The notes under the pieces: model-generated | Database searches by the model: none | Seen by the model: the letters and a program-made list of their open reading frames with translations, nothing else | Told to the model about the DNA's origin: nothing | In this document: positions 40,001-54,027 of the stretch, one piece after another | How positions within the stretch are numbered: position 1 is the first letter of the stretch | Layout: each line of letters opens with the position of its first letter | Translations under genes and position numbers: made by a program | Assembly (NCBI RefSeq): GCF_058153355.1 | Contig: NZ_CM177019.1 | DNA: 64,000 nt | Direction: 5' to 3' (one strand)

Positions 40001-40775
40001 CGGACGTTATCATTACACGGCGGCAGGGCAATTGGCTCAGCATGAAGACACTTCTACGGTGCAGCTTAGCGGTGACCTGTTTAGGGGGCGCTGGGGCGAT
40101 GACGGCGAATGGATGCTAGGGGCCATTGGTGGTTACAGCGATAACCAGGGTTACAGCTGCTCGAATAGGACCGGAACTCGCGCCGATAACCAGAACCACG
40201 GTTATGCCGTTGGGGTGACGTCAAACTGGTTTCAGCACGGTAGCCAAAAACAGGGGGCCTGGCTGGATAGTTGGCTGCAATACGCGTGGTTTAACAATGA
40301 TGTTTCCGAACAAGGCGATGGTGCGGATCATTACCACTCATCGGGGATTATCGCCTCGCTGGAAGCCGGGTATCAGTGGTTACCGGAGCATGGAGTGGTG
40401 ATTGAACCACAGGCGCAGGTGATTTATCAGGGCGTGCAGCAGGATGATTTTACCGCCGCTAACCATGCGAGCGTGTCACAATCGCAGGGCGATGATCTTC
40501 AGACGCGGCTGGGGGTACACAGCGAATGGCGTACCGCTGTGCATATCACGCCAACCCTGGATCTGAATTATTATCACGATCCCCATTCGACGGAAATTGA
40601 AGAAGATGGCAGCACTATCAGTGACGATGCGGCGAAGCAACGGGGTGAAATAAAAGTGGGAGTAACGGGCAACATCAGTCAGCGAGTGTCCCTGCGTGGT
40701 AGCGTGGCGTGGCAGAAAGGGAGTGATGATTTTGCCCAGACGGCAGGGTTTTTGTCGATGACGGTGAAATGGTAA
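37095..40775 (+). CDS. yfaL: autotransporter adhesin YfaL-like
   Basis: Pectate-lyase-like beta-helix repeats (GGAIY), proline-rich linker, C-terminal beta-barrel ending in W; long AT-rich upstream region; start could be 37089 or 37095. Confidence 0.8.
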   Translation: MRIIFLRKEYLSLLPSMIASLFSTNGIAAVIDSCQGYDIKASCQASRQSLSGNMQDWSIADGQWVIFSGMANNASGGAVFLQQGAEFSLSPENETGMTLFANNTVSGEYNNGGGIFAKENSTLNLTDVIFSGNVAGGYGGAIYSSGTNDTGGVDLRVTNAMFSNNIANDGKGGAIYTINNDVYLSDDVFNNNQAYTSTSYSDGDGGAIDVTDNNSDITHPSGFTIINNTAFTNNTAEGYGGAIYTNSVTAPYLIDIFVDDSYSQNGGVLIDENNSAAGYGDGPSTAAGGFMYLGLSEVTFDIADGKTLVIGNTENDGAVDSIAGTGLITKTGSGDLVLNADNNDFTGEMQIENGEVTLGRSNSLMNVGDNHCQDDPQDCYGLTIGSIDKYQNQAELNVGSTQQTFVHALTGFQNGTLNIDAGGNVTVNQGSFAGTIEGAGQLTIAQNGSYVLAGAQSMALTGDIVVDDGAVLDLSDFSTWQSGTSYNDGLEVSGSSGTVIGSQDVVDLAGGNDMHIGGDGKDGVYVVVDAGDGQVSLANDNQYLGTTQIASGTLVVSDNSQLGDTHYNRQVIFTDNQQESVMEITANVDTRFTTVEHGRDIEMRADGEVAVDAGVDTQWGALMADSSGQHQDEGSTLTKTGAGTLELTASGTTQSAVRVEEGTLQGDAVNIFPYASSLWVGDGATFETGADQDIQSIDATSSGTIDISDGTVLRLTSQDTSAALDASLFNGDGTLVNATDGVTLTGELNTNLETDSLTYLSDVTVNGNLTNTSGAVSLQNGVAGDTLTVNGDYTGGGTLFLDSELNGDDSVSDQLVLNGNTSGNTTVVVNPITGIGEPTSTGIKVVDFTADPTQFQNNALFSLAGSGYVNMGAYDYTLVEDNNDWYLRSQEVTPTPPPDPDPTPDPDPTPDPDPTPDPAPAPMPAYQPVLNAKVGGYLNNLRAANQAFVMERRDHAGGDGQTLNLRVIGGRYHYTAAGQLAQHEDTSTVQLSGDLFRGRWGDDGEWMLGAIGGYSDNQGYSCSNRTGTRADNQNHGYAVGVTSNWFQHGSQKQGAWLDSWLQYAWFNNDVSEQGDGADHYHSSGIIASLEAGYQWLPEHGVVIEPQAQVIYQGVQQDDFTAANHASVSQSQGDDLQTRLGVHSEWRTAVHITPTLDLNYYHDPHSTEIEEDGSTISDDAAKQRGEIKVGVTGNISQRVSLRGSVAWQKGSDDFAQTAGFLSMTVKW
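39775..39865 (+). repeat. in-frame PDPDPT proline-rich tandem repeat inside yfaL
   Basis: Encodes TPTPPPDPDPTPDPDPTPDPDPTPDPAPAP between passenger and translocator. Confidence 0.6.
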
Positions 40776-40796
40776 TCGCTGTCTGACCGGCACTAT

Positions 40797-40880
40797 TGCC
40801 GGATGCGGCGTAAACGCCTTATCTGGCCTACGGGAGCATTTGTAGGCCTGATAAGACGCGGCAAGCGTCGCATCAGGCAT
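40797..40880. repeat. REP/BIME elements between yfaL and ubiG
   Basis: gccggatgcggcgtaaacgccttatctggcctac and gtaggcctgataagacgcggcaagcgtcgcatcaggca. Confidence 0.65.
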
Positions 40881-40914
40881 TGGCACGGTTGCCGGATGAA
40901 TCCAAACAACAACC

Positions 40915-41637
40915 TCACTTATTCTGCGTGTGCAGCATATAGTTCACATCTACGCCGGGACCGAGCTTAAAAGTGTTAGTAATCGGGTTGTAATGCAGTC
41001 CGATCATATGCCGTTCTTTTAGACTGGTCTGATCCACCCAGCCCAGCAATTCTGCCGGTTTAATAAACTTCTTCACATCATGCGTACCTTTAGGCACCAT
41101 GCGCAAAATATATTCAGCACCAACCACCGCCATCAGCCATGACTTGCCGTTGCGATTAAGCGTCGAGAAAAAAACATCGCCGCCCGGTTTCACCAGTTGC
41201 GCACAGGCTCTGACCACTGACTGCGGATCGGGGACGTGCTCCAGCATCTCCATGCAGGTCACCACATCATAATGCCCGGCATGTTTTGCGGCGTGCTCTT
41301 CCACGGTTTCCTGCACGTAATTCACCTGAATGCCACTTTCCAGTGCGTGCAGCTTTGCCACCTGCAATGGCTCAAAGCCCATATCCAGACCGGTCACCGT
41401 CGCGCCTTCCCGCGCCATGCTCTCGGCCAGAATGCCGCCGCCACAACCGACATCGAGCACCTTTTTGCCAAATAAACCGCCAGCACGCTCGGCAATATAG
41501 CCCAGACGCAGCGGGTTAATGCGGTGCAGCGGTTTGAACTCACCTTCAAGATCCCACCAGCGGGAGGCGACGGCTTCAAATTTAGCGATCTCTTCGTGGT
41601 CTACGTTAGGGGTTACCGGCGATTTTTCGGCATTCAT
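40915..41637 (-). CDS. ubiG: ubiquinone biosynthesis O-methyltransferase UbiG (240 aa)
   Basis: Track ORF 40915..41685 trimmed to [16 protein letters not shown]...; SAM-binding LDVGCGGG. Confidence 0.9.
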   Translation of the reverse strand: MNAEKSPVTPNVDHEEIAKFEAVASRWWDLEGEFKPLHRINPLRLGYIAERAGGLFGKKVLDVGCGGGILAESMAREGATVTGLDMGFEPLQVAKLHALESGIQVNYVQETVEEHAAKHAGHYDVVTCMEMLEHVPDPQSVVRACAQLVKPGGDVFFSTLNRNGKSWLMAVVGAEYILRMVPKGTHDVKKFIKPAELLGWVDQTSLKERHMIGLHYNPITNTFKLGPGVDVNYMLHTQNK

Positions 41638-41783
41638 TGGCACTTCTACTCCGTAATTGGCAAGACAAACGAGTATATCAGGCATTGGATGTGAATAAAG
41701 CGTATAGGTTTACCTCAATCAGCGCGGCTGTGTTATAATTTGCGACCTTTGAATCCGGGATACAGTAGAGGGATAGCGGTTAG

Positions 41784-44411
41784 ATGAGCGACCTTGCGAG
41801 AGAAATTACACCGGTCAACATTGAGGAAGAGCTGAAGAGCTCCTATCTGGATTATGCGATGTCGGTCATTGTTGGCCGTGCGCTGCCGGATGTCCGAGAT
41901 GGCCTGAAGCCGGTACACCGTCGCGTACTTTACGCCATGAACGTACTAGGCAATGACTGGAACAAAGCCTATAAAAAATCTGCCCGTGTCGTTGGTGACG
42001 TAATCGGTAAATACCATCCCCATGGTGACTCGGCGGTTTATGACACGATCGTCCGTATGGCGCAGCCATTCTCGCTGCGTTACATGCTGGTAGACGGTCA
42101 GGGTAACTTCGGTTCCATCGACGGCGACTCTGCGGCGGCAATGCGTTATACGGAAATCCGTCTGGCGAAAATTGCCCATGAACTGATGGCCGATCTCGAA
42201 AAAGAGACGGTCGATTTCGTTGATAACTATGACGGCACGGAAAAAATTCCGGACGTCATGCCAACCAAAATTCCTAACCTGCTGGTGAACGGTTCTTCCG
42301 GTATCGCCGTAGGTATGGCAACCAACATCCCGCCGCACAACCTGACGGAAGTCATCAACGGTTGTCTGGCGTATATCGATGATGAAGACATCAGCATTGA
42401 AGGGCTGATGGAACACATCCCGGGGCCAGACTTCCCGACGGCGGCAATCATCAACGGTCGTCGCGGTATCGAAGAAGCTTACCGTACCGGTCGCGGCAAG
42501 GTATATATCCGCGCCCGTGCTGAAGTGGAAGTTGACGCCAAAACCGGACGTGAAACCATTATCGTCCACGAAATTCCGTATCAGGTGAACAAAGCGCGCC
42601 TGATCGAGAAGATTGCGGAACTGGTAAAAGAAAAACGCGTGGAAGGCATCAGCGCGCTGCGTGACGAGTCTGACAAAGACGGTATGCGCATCGTGATTGA
42701 AGTGAAACGCGATGCGGTCGGTGAAGTGGTGCTCAACAACCTCTACTCCCAGACCCAGTTGCAGGTTTCTTTCGGTATCAACATGGTGGCATTGCACCAT
42801 GGTCAGCCGAAGATCATGAACCTGAAAGACATCATCGCTGCGTTTGTTCGTCACCGCCGTGAAGTGGTGACCCGTCGTACCATTTTCGAACTGCGTAAAG
42901 CTCGCGATCGTGCTCATATCCTTGAAGCATTAGCCGTGGCGCTGGCGAACATCGACCCGATCATCGAACTGATCCGTCATGCGCCGACGCCTGCAGAAGC
43001 GAAAACGGCGCTGGTTGCTAATCCGTGGCAGTTGGGCAACGTTGCCGCGATGCTGGAACGTGCGGGCGATGATGCTGCGCGTCCGGAATGGCTGGAGCCA
43101 GAGTTCGGTGTGCGTGACGGTCTGTACTACCTGACCGAACAGCAAGCTCAGGCGATTCTGGATCTGCGTCTGCAGAAACTGACCGGCCTTGAGCACGAAA
43201 AACTGCTCGATGAATACAAAGAGCTGCTGGATCAGATCGCGGAACTGTTGCGTATTCTTGGTAGCGCCGATCGTCTGATGGAAGTGATCCGCGAAGAGCT
43301 GGAGCTGGTTCGTGAACAGTTCGGTGACAAACGTCGTACTGAAATCACCGCCAACAGCGCAGACATCAACCTGGAAGATTTGATTACTCAGGAAGATGTG
43401 GTAGTGACGCTCTCTCACCAGGGCTACGTGAAGTACCAGCCGCTTTCTGAATACGAAGCGCAGCGTCGTGGCGGGAAAGGTAAATCTGCCGCACGTATTA
43501 AAGAAGAAGACTTTATCGACCGACTGCTGGTGGCGAACACCCACGACCATATTCTGTGCTTCTCCAGCCGTGGTCGCGTCTATTCGATGAAAGTTTACCA
43601 GTTGCCGGAAGCCACTCGTGGCGCGCGCGGTCGTCCGATCGTCAACCTGCTGCCGCTGGAGCAGGACGAACGTATCACTGCGATCCTGCCGGTGACCGAG
43701 TTTGAAGAAGGCGTGAAAGTCTTCATGGCGACCGCTAACGGTACCGTGAAGAAAACTGTCCTCACCGAGTTCAACCGTCTGCGTACCGCCGGTAAAGTGG
43801 CGATCAAACTGGTTGACGGCGATGAGCTGATCGGCGTTGACCTGACCAGCGGTGAAGACGAAGTAATGCTGTTCTCCGCCGAAGGTAAAGTGGTGCGCTT
43901 TAAAGAGTCTTCTGTCCGTGCGATGGGCTGCAACACCACCGGTGTTCGCGGTATTCGCTTAGGTGAAGGCGATAAAGTCGTCTCTCTGATCGTGCCTCGT
44001 GGCGATGGTGCAATCCTCACCGCAACGCAAAACGGTTACGGTAAACGTACTGCGGTAGCGGAATACCCGACTAAGTCGCGTGCGACGAAAGGGGTTATCT
44101 CCATCAAGGTTACCGAACGTAACGGTTTAGTGGTTGGCGCGGTGCAGGTAGATGACTGCGACCAGATCATGATGATCACCGATGCCGGTACGCTGGTACG
44201 TACTCGCGTTTCTGAAATCAGCATCGTGGGCCGTAACACCCAGGGCGTGATCCTTATCCGTACTGCGGAAGATGAAAACGTGGTGGGTCTGCAACGTGTT
44301 GCTGAACCGGTTGACGAGGAAGATCTGGATACCATCGACGGCAGTGCTGCGGAAGGGGACGATGAAATCGCTCCGGAAGTGGACGTTGACGACGAGCCAG
44401 AAGAAGAATAA
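41784..44411 (+). CDS. gyrA: DNA gyrase subunit A (875 aa)
   Basis: Unmistakable GyrA sequence including the AAMRYTEIR active-site tyrosine region and acidic C-terminal tail. Confidence 0.97.
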
Positions 44412-44430
44412 TTTCATCGCCTCATGCCAA

Positions 44431-44452
44431 AAGGGAGTTATCTCCCTTTTTT
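44431..44452 (+). terminator. Rho-independent terminator downstream of gyrA
   Basis: aagggag-ttat-ctccctt followed by TTTT. Confidence 0.6.
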
Positions 44453-44551
44453 GAATTGAAGTCCAGGCTGCAAAGTCTGGGCTTTTGTCGTATAAGGGCG
44501 CGGTAAAGTTTTGCTGTACCCATAAAAAATGGCTGGCTTTACACAAGGAAT

Positions 44552-48239
<3,688 letters not shown>

Positions 48240-48299
48240 TAAAATTACATTAATTATCAACATGTTAGTGTGAGCAGGTCATTATTAGTCAAAATAAAA

Positions 48300-49373
48300 T
48301 CATTTGTTGATTTCAATTTTGTCCCATTCTCTCCCTCGGCTGTCCCTATACCGCGCCGCCATTGAATCTGATTTATGCCCGAGAAGACGTTGAGCAAATT
48401 TATCGCCAATCTGGTTCCGGTATAGCCTCGCTGACAGGCTACGCAGTTCATGGAATGTTGGCGGGTCTCCATCAAATGAGAGTCCGGAGGCATTTCTCGC
48501 CTTTGTAAAATACTTTGATACTGTTTTCGGGGAAAGCGGATCGTGATGCTTTGATGCGATTATAGTTTCACTGCTGCTGGCTTCCCTGCATTTCTGTAGT
48601 GTATCAACCAGTGAGATATTGAGCGCGTCAATCGTTAGCGTCAGCGGAATGGCGAGCTTAGCCCCTGTTTTACCCTGCTCAATGTGAAGATGGTTGTCGT
48701 TTATGTCTGACCACTTCATTCTACATAAATCGCCCACTCTCTGCCCTGTAATGACGGCCAAATCCATTGCCAGCCTCAGCCAGATAGGGAGAGGTTCGGC
48801 TGCATGGTAAATCTCGACATACTCATTAGCTGTCAGCCTTGAGCGCCTTACTTCTGACTTTGCTGTGCGGGTTGCTGTTACCGGATTCGTAGCCACATGC
48901 CCCTCGGCTATTGCTTCACGAAAAACGTCAACAAGGGTTGACCTGATTAATTTTGCGGAAGCCGCTTTACCTTCTGCTACGTAGGTATTTAGCATTGCTG
49001 CCACCTCTTTCGTTGATATGTCAGTGAGCGGTTTGTCCGGCAATTTTCTTCGAATTGCCCTGATTTTGCTGGCGTAGTCGAGTAGAGTTTTCGGTCTGAT
49101 GCCCCTCTCGCTGAGGATTGTTTCATATCGGTCAAGCCACGCATGAAGAGTGATTGCGTCAGCGCCTTTAATCCTGTCTATCAGTGACTCACGCCTGTTC
49201 TCAGATAGCAACTCAATATTGGCCTGAATAGCCTCTGAAACTGCTATCCTTCTGTCTCTGCCTAATCCGAACTCTTTACCCGTCCTTGGGTCCCTGTAGC
49301 AGTAATATCCATTGTTTCTTATATAAAGGTTAGGGGGTAAATCCCGGCGCTCATGACTTCGCCTTCTTCCCAT
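48300..49373 (-). CDS. int: lambda-family tyrosine integrase (357 aa)
   Basis: N-terminus MGRRRSHERRDLPPNLYIRNNGYYCYRDPRTGKEFGLGRDRRIA matches my memory of lambda Int; C-terminal catalytic region with HELRSL...LGH...Y. Confidence 0.9.
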   Translation of the reverse strand: MGRRRSHERRDLPPNLYIRNNGYYCYRDPRTGKEFGLGRDRRIAVSEAIQANIELLSENRRESLIDRIKGADAITLHAWLDRYETILSERGIRPKTLLDYASKIRAIRRKLPDKPLTDISTKEVAAMLNTYVAEGKAASAKLIRSTLVDVFREAIAEGHVATNPVTATRTAKSEVRRSRLTANEYVEIYHAAEPLPIWLRLAMDLAVITGQRVGDLCRMKWSDINDNHLHIEQGKTGAKLAIPLTLTIDALNISLVDTLQKCREASSSETIIASKHHDPLSPKTVSKYFTKARNASGLSFDGDPPTFHELRSLSARLYRNQIGDKFAQRLLGHKSDSMAARYRDSRGREWDKIEINK

Positions 49374-49569
49374 TTCTGATCCTCTTCAAAAGGCTATCTG
49401 TTACTGGTCGATTTAAGTCAACCTTTACCGCTGATTCGTGGAACAAATACTCTCTTCCATCCTTAACCGGAGGAGGGAATATCCTGCACTCGCGTACCCA
49501 TCGACGAACTGTTTCAAGGCTCCTTGGGCGTCGCTGGCGTGCGTTCCACTCCTGAAGTGTCAAGTACAT
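49351..49569 (-). CDS. xis: lambda-type excisionase (72 aa)
   Basis: MYLTLQEWNARQRRPRSLETVRRWVRECRIFPPPVKDGREYLF matches my memory of lambda Xis; overlaps int start. Confidence 0.85.
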   Translation of the reverse strand: MYLTLQEWNARQRRPRSLETVRRWVRECRIFPPPVKDGREYLFHESAVKVDLNRPVTDSLLKRIRNGKKAKS

Positions 49570-49653
49570 CGCAAAGTCTCCGCAATTACTCGCAAGGGAG
49601 CGAGTATTGGTTTATTTTCTCCAACAAAAAAGGAGCCGAAGCTCCTTTGATGA

Positions 49654-50325
49654 TTAAAATTCGAATTGTCTCGCCCGAAGGCTTTTCAGCATTGGTTTTG
49701 CCCGTTCGAAAAGGGCGCTTGCTTGGTCAAGTCGTGTCGCCTCCCTTAGCAGTACATCTCTGTTTTTCGTCACCGTGTAAAAAGTTTCAAACGCGATGTC
49801 ATACAGCTTGCTCGTGTATGATGAGTTCAGTTCCTTCAATATCGGGTACAGACGTTTGCAGATGTCCTGCGCATTCTCCATCTGTACCTGCATATAGCAA
49901 AGGAGGATGATTTCTTCGTCTGTGAATTGCGGCTGAATCTGCGGCTGCAGTTCGGTTGGTGTTGTTTTTCCCTGGCTGAAATAACAGTCTTCCAGTTTTT
50001 CGAACACATCCCACGCCTGATCGGTTTCGAGCATTTTGGCATGACGGGCGGCACCGCGTTCTGTCCAGAGGATGAGCGAGCGAACGTTACGGGCGATTGT
50101 CACAGAGTGACTTAAAGACACTCTGTGCTTAAACTCACGCAATTCTGCACCTTCCAGCAAAAAATAATGTTTACCAATAACAAAACGTTCATGGTTTCGG
50201 CTGTGGTTTTTGCGAATATTAGTTACATCTGTGCCGTAAAGGTGGGCAAGAAGTTCAGTAGTAATAACGGGGATTTGGTTATGGCTGATCTGGGGTACCG
50301 TTTCTACGGTGATTTGAGTAGACAT
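49654..50325 (-). CDS. phage antirepressor-like protein, ORF6N-type N-terminal domain
   Basis: KHYFLLEGAELREFKH...ILWTERGAARHAKMLETDQAWDVFEKLEDCYF resembles the ORF6N/antirepressor family; start chosen at the second Met (50325); track ORF start 50337 is the alternative. Confidence 0.5.
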   Translation of the reverse strand: MSTQITVETVPQISHNQIPVITTELLAHLYGTDVTNIRKNHSRNHERFVIGKHYFLLEGAELREFKHRVSLSHSVTIARNVRSLILWTERGAARHAKMLETDQAWDVFEKLEDCYFSQGKTTPTELQPQIQPQFTDEEIILLCYMQVQMENAQDICKRLYPILKELNSSYTSKLYDIAFETFYTVTKNRDVLLREATRLDQASALFERAKPMLKSLRARQFEF

Positions 50326-50490
50326 AGTCTTCTCCATATGTGTTTTAGTCTACGCTCACCAGTTAGTAGCTGGTGATCGGGTGTCAACTAGAGCCACATA
50401 TGAAGCTCCGGGCATATTCCCCTTGTGGGTATTGTATTACGCCTCTCCACCCGACCTTTGTACGGATGTAACTACGCCAAATTGCAGGCA

Positions 50491-50568
50491 TAAAAAAGCC
50501 GCAAAGCTATCGGGTGCGGATGACCGCATATGTGTTCTAGTACGGCCAGTATGCGATAGCTTTGGCGG
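50491..50568 (-). other. inverted repeat plus run of six T (minus strand) between the two antirepressor paralogs; possible terminator or structured RNA
   Basis: gccgcaaagctatcgg ... cgatagctttggcgg arms about 40 nt apart; reverse complement ends in TTTTTT. Confidence 0.25.
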
Positions 50569-50655
50569 ATTTGTCAAATCATGTAGGCCTTATCTTGCTG
50601 TAAGCCGCGCCATTCGGGCTTTTCCCCACATTTGGGGAAAACTATCTTGTCAAAA

Positions 50656-51438
50656 TCATGCAGCCTTTCGCTCTCCTTCGATGAGTTCCTCTATTTTGTG
50701 CACTCCAGCCTCGTTGTACCGAAATGTTTCAACCTGCTTGTCATTGTGCGCCGATTTGTCGATGAACCACTTCCCGTACTTTTCTGTTTTGAGCATGTAG
50801 GTGTTGGCTATGCGTCCTACCTTGTTGGCTGAAATACCGTAGCGCTGGCCGACTTCCGTAGCAGAGTAGTAGTGCTCTGAGATAGCTGGCAGAGGTACAA
50901 CATCGCGACCAACAATCGGGTTGAACACTCCAGCTACTGCTGCCTGCTTTGATTCTGAGGACAGATTCGGGAACATATTCACCAGTCGATCCGCCACGTT
51001 CAAAGCTATTTCCATGGCTCGCGCACGGTCTAGGCTACTTTCTGGTTGCGGTACTGGTTGAGGATGGTTGGCAACCTTTTCGCGCTGATTGAAGTAGCCG
51101 TCCTCCAGTTTTTCGAACACGTCCCATGCCTGATCGGTTTCGAGCATCTTCGCGTGACGGGCGGCTCCGCGCTCTGTCCAGAGGATGAGGTGGCGTGCAT
51201 TTGGGGCAATTTTCACAAAGTAGTTTAAAGCTACTTTGTGTTTTAGCGCGCGCAGCTCGTCACCAACGACCTTGTAGAAGTGTACCCCCTCAACAAAGCG
51301 CGACTTGTTTTCATGATGGTTTTGCCGGATGCGCACAACATCCGTTCCGTACAACTGCGCCAATAGTTCGCTGGTGATGACGTTGGTTTGTTTGTAGGTG
51401 ATTGGTGAAAGTGTTTCAACAGAAATTTGAGTATTCAT
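50656..51438 (-). CDS. phage antirepressor-like protein, ORF6N-type (260 aa), paralog of 49654..50325
   Basis: About 60-70% identical N-terminal 120 aa to the neighbouring ORF, with a distinct C-terminal domain. Confidence 0.5.
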   Translation of the reverse strand: MNTQISVETLSPITYKQTNVITSELLAQLYGTDVVRIRQNHHENKSRFVEGVHFYKVVGDELRALKHKVALNYFVKIAPNARHLILWTERGAARHAKMLETDQAWDVFEKLEDGYFNQREKVANHPQPVPQPESSLDRARAMEIALNVADRLVNMFPNLSSESKQAAVAGVFNPIVGRDVVPLPAISEHYYSATEVGQRYGISANKVGRIANTYMLKTEKYGKWFIDKSAHNDKQVETFRYNEAGVHKIEELIEGERKAA

Positions 51439-51580
51439 AGCGTCCTCACATTGGCTTTTGCATTGAAGAAAGCTTGACGGTGAACTCGCCGTAGCGAGTT
51501 CAGATAAAAGAAATCTCCGCGAATGCGAGGATTGTTATTCATTGCCGATATTCACCTTTATCTCAAACACCTTTATCGGC

Positions 51581-51823
51581 TTATCTCCTTTGCATGGCAC
51601 GTAATTTTTTCAGATGGTTCTCCTGCTCTGTTTCAGCCAGGATCTGGTGATATTCTCTGTGATCAATGTGTTCGAATAAATTATTGAATTTTCTGATGCA
51701 CACCCTTCCAGGATAGCCATCCATCCTCTTGAAGAATACTGAGTGATCAGTACTACGAATGATTTTTACTGGATAGCCAGCGCTATCGGTGTATATCTGA
51801 CCACGTTGAATCAGAGCGAACAT
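51581..51823 (-). CDS. hypothetical phage protein (80 aa)
   Basis: ORF in the leftward early operon; no motif recognised. Confidence 0.3.
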   Translation of the reverse strand: MFALIQRGQIYTDSAGYPVKIIRSTDHSVFFKRMDGYPGRVCIRKFNNLFEHIDHREYHQILAETEQENHLKKLRAMQRR

Positions 51824-51907
51824 TCCTTTATCTCCAGCGGCAAATCGAATACATCATCAGTGCCACCGCCAGTGCGGTTCCTACCTCTTTGAATGCTTCA
51901 GGCCAGG

Positions 51908-52627
51908 TCATTGATTCACCTCCTTCGGCGGTTCTGGTAGCGGCATCCAGTGGGTTACATTGCGGCTCTGCGTTTCGAAGAACTCCTCACCATTGCGGAC
52001 GACATCAAAAAATTCACCGTCTCGATATTGCGCATAAAGAACGAATGCGCCATCACATAAAATAATTACGTGCTGACCATCATCAGGCATTCGCTCACTA
52101 CAGCTTATCCAACCATCCGGAATTACCGGAGAGTTGCCGGGTTCTTTAATGTGCAAGCGAGGCTCACCATCTTTTGGTTCAGGCCACTGGCGTTCCATGT
52201 TGATCTTCAATTTATTTTCCATAGCAGCGGTAATTTCAGCATCACTGATACCAGCACGGCGCTGTGCATCCCACAACAGAAACTGCATATCAGCCCACTC
52301 GCTAAGATCGTCTGGTTCGGCTGCGGCTTCCAGTTCATCCAGCAGTACCAGCACGGTAGCCGGATTGGCCTCTGCTATGAATTCAGCGTTTGCATAAGCC
52401 TGAGCATCTGTTTCAACCAGGCAGTTAACATGACATTCTGCAATCACGCCACCGGGTTCTCCTTTCCATTTTTGACAAACAAAAACTCCTGTTAAATTGC
52501 CATGCCGATTAACAGATGTATGCCCTACGATGTAGCTTCCTTTAGTTGCTTTTTCTGCCTTGGCACGCAGTGCCTGATAGTCAATCTTGCTCACTGGTTG
52601 CCTCCTTTGCGAATCTGTTCCGCCCAT
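51908..52627 (-). CDS. phage protein with C-terminal DUF551-like domain (Ead/Ea22-like region of lambdoid phages)
   Basis: C-terminal WISCSERMP...VTHWMPLPEPP pattern recalled from DUF551 prophage proteins. Confidence 0.45.
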   Translation of the reverse strand: MGGTDSQRRQPVSKIDYQALRAKAEKATKGSYIVGHTSVNRHGNLTGVFVCQKWKGEPGGVIAECHVNCLVETDAQAYANAEFIAEANPATVLVLLDELEAAAEPDDLSEWADMQFLLWDAQRRAGISDAEITAAMENKLKINMERQWPEPKDGEPRLHIKEPGNSPVIPDGWISCSERMPDDGQHVIILCDGAFVLYAQYRDGEFFDVVRNGEEFFETQSRNVTHWMPLPEPPKEVNQ

Positions 52628-52962
52628 TCTTCTAGGGATTTCTCCGCATATTCACCAGACAGGCCATCAATCGGATGCGGTTCATTAGCCAACTCTTCTT
52701 TCGCTGACAGAATCATGCGTGTAACGTCGAAAACTTCACGTAAAGACTTATTGATAAATCCGTGATTGAACGCAGCAGCAAGACGGCTTGCGGTATAGTT
52801 AATACCCTCGTTGCGAGCCTCAGCACGTACTTCATCGAATTTACGCACCAGATATTCAGCGTTTGTTTCGTTAACCTTTAAATCTCGTGGGATGCATTTA
52901 CCTTTCAGAAATCCATCCATCTCAATTAGTGACATTTGTTTCATTTCTTCCCACTCCGCCAC
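52591..52962 (-). CDS. hypothetical phage protein (123 aa)
   Basis: Co-oriented ORF, unrecognised. Confidence 0.35.
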   Translation of the reverse strand: MAEWEEMKQMSLIEMDGFLKGKCIPRDLKVNETNAEYLVRKFDEVRAEARNEGINYTASRLAAAFNHGFINKSLREVFDVTRMILSAKEELANEPHPIDGLSGEYAEKSLEEWAEQIRKGGNQ

Positions 52963-53115
52963 ATCGCATTCAGATATTTGTTGTCATTAACAGAACCGAA
53001 ACTCTTTCTCTTAAGCAATTCCTCTCTCGATGGCATTGGCTTTACGCGCTGGCGAATAATCATTTCTGCTGGAAGAATGCCGGGATTGTATGCAAGTCCT
53101 CTCATGGTAAATTCC

Positions 53116-53412
53116 TCAGTCATTACTGATAGCGCCATAGCGTGAGCGGTAATTACGCAGGCGCGGGTCGATATATTCAGGGAAGTGGGTATATGTGGCT
53201 TTGCGGAATGGTCTCATTGCTGTTTCGTTTGTTCGGTCCTTCTCCTGTTTTAGCGCGAGTTGTATATCGCGTCGGTACATCCGTTCTGCTTTTGTTTCTG
53301 GTGTCAGAGCAAGAAACGCGTCGAAATTGTTTTTGATATTTTCCAGCACCTCCGTCTTGGAGCTACCGGAGCAGTTGCGCGGGTCATCCGCACCATACAG
53401 AGGCGCTGGCAT
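53116..53412 (-). CDS. hypothetical phage protein (98 aa)
   Basis: Co-oriented ORF, unrecognised. Confidence 0.3.
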   Translation of the reverse strand: MPAPLYGADDPRNCSGSSKTEVLENIKNNFDAFLALTPETKAERMYRRDIQLALKQEKDRTNETAMRPFRKATYTHFPEYIDPRLRNYRSRYGAISND

Positions 53413-53435
53413 AATGGGAGCCTTATTTTCAGTAA

Positions 53436-54023
53436 TCAGAAAGGAGGGTAATCGTTCTGGCTGTAACCATAATCATCTGCATGATTCTGGCTTACGTTTT
53501 TAGAGCGATTGTCTTTATCTTTGAGGCTGGCAACCATGTTGGCGATAGTTTCTGGTTGCTTGCCTTCCGACTTTTCTTTAAGGGTTTGACCTGTTTGTGC
53601 AATAAACGGGATGCGTATTTCCATCTGGTAGCTGTCTGCGCCAGTCTTTTTGTTTGTGGTTAATACTTTCTGGAGCACTAACCCGATTTTCTTTCCATGA
53701 AATTCAGGAGCAACAAATTTACTGGCGGAAACCATATGTTGCGTTAACTGCTTAATCCCAACACACCCCATCATGGCATGAACGACGTTTGCACCAAACT
53801 TGTTTTCCGTTCCGTCATTTTTCTGAACACAAACGCTAAGATACTGGATTTTACGTCCGTCGTCGGATTCTCCAGAAAACTCAATAAATTTGGCTCCTTT
53901 CTCTGATTGCTTTAGTTCTGCTTCAGTAATGGTAATGATATGAGCGCCAGTTTCGTTAATAAAACCACCTTGCCCTGCGGTCAGTGCTGCTTCTTCGTTA
54001 TAAGTAAAAATCACGTTGCTCAT
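53436..54023 (-). CDS. putative ssDNA-binding protein (DUF669-like) with SSB-like acidic C-terminal tip
   Basis: Ends DDYGYSQNDYPPF, like the SSB C-terminal tail; lies next to a Sak4-like ATPase. Confidence 0.4.
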   Translation of the reverse strand: MSNVIFTYNEEAALTAGQGGFINETGAHIITITEAELKQSEKGAKFIEFSGESDDGRKIQYLSVCVQKNDGTENKFGANVVHAMMGCVGIKQLTQHMVSASKFVAPEFHGKKIGLVLQKVLTTNKKTGADSYQMEIRIPFIAQTGQTLKEKSEGKQPETIANMVASLKDKDNRSKNVSQNHADDYGYSQNDYPPF

Positions 54024-54027
54024 GCTT

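Noticed and set aside
41946-42917. 323-aa minus-strand ORF
   Set aside because: Antisense within gyrA.
48243-48300. Canonical lambda att core GCTTTTTTATACTAA
   Set aside because: Not present. Only a loose resemblance (gcttaaaattacatt) at the yfaT stop, so the attachment site is left as an inference in the findings and not called as a feature.
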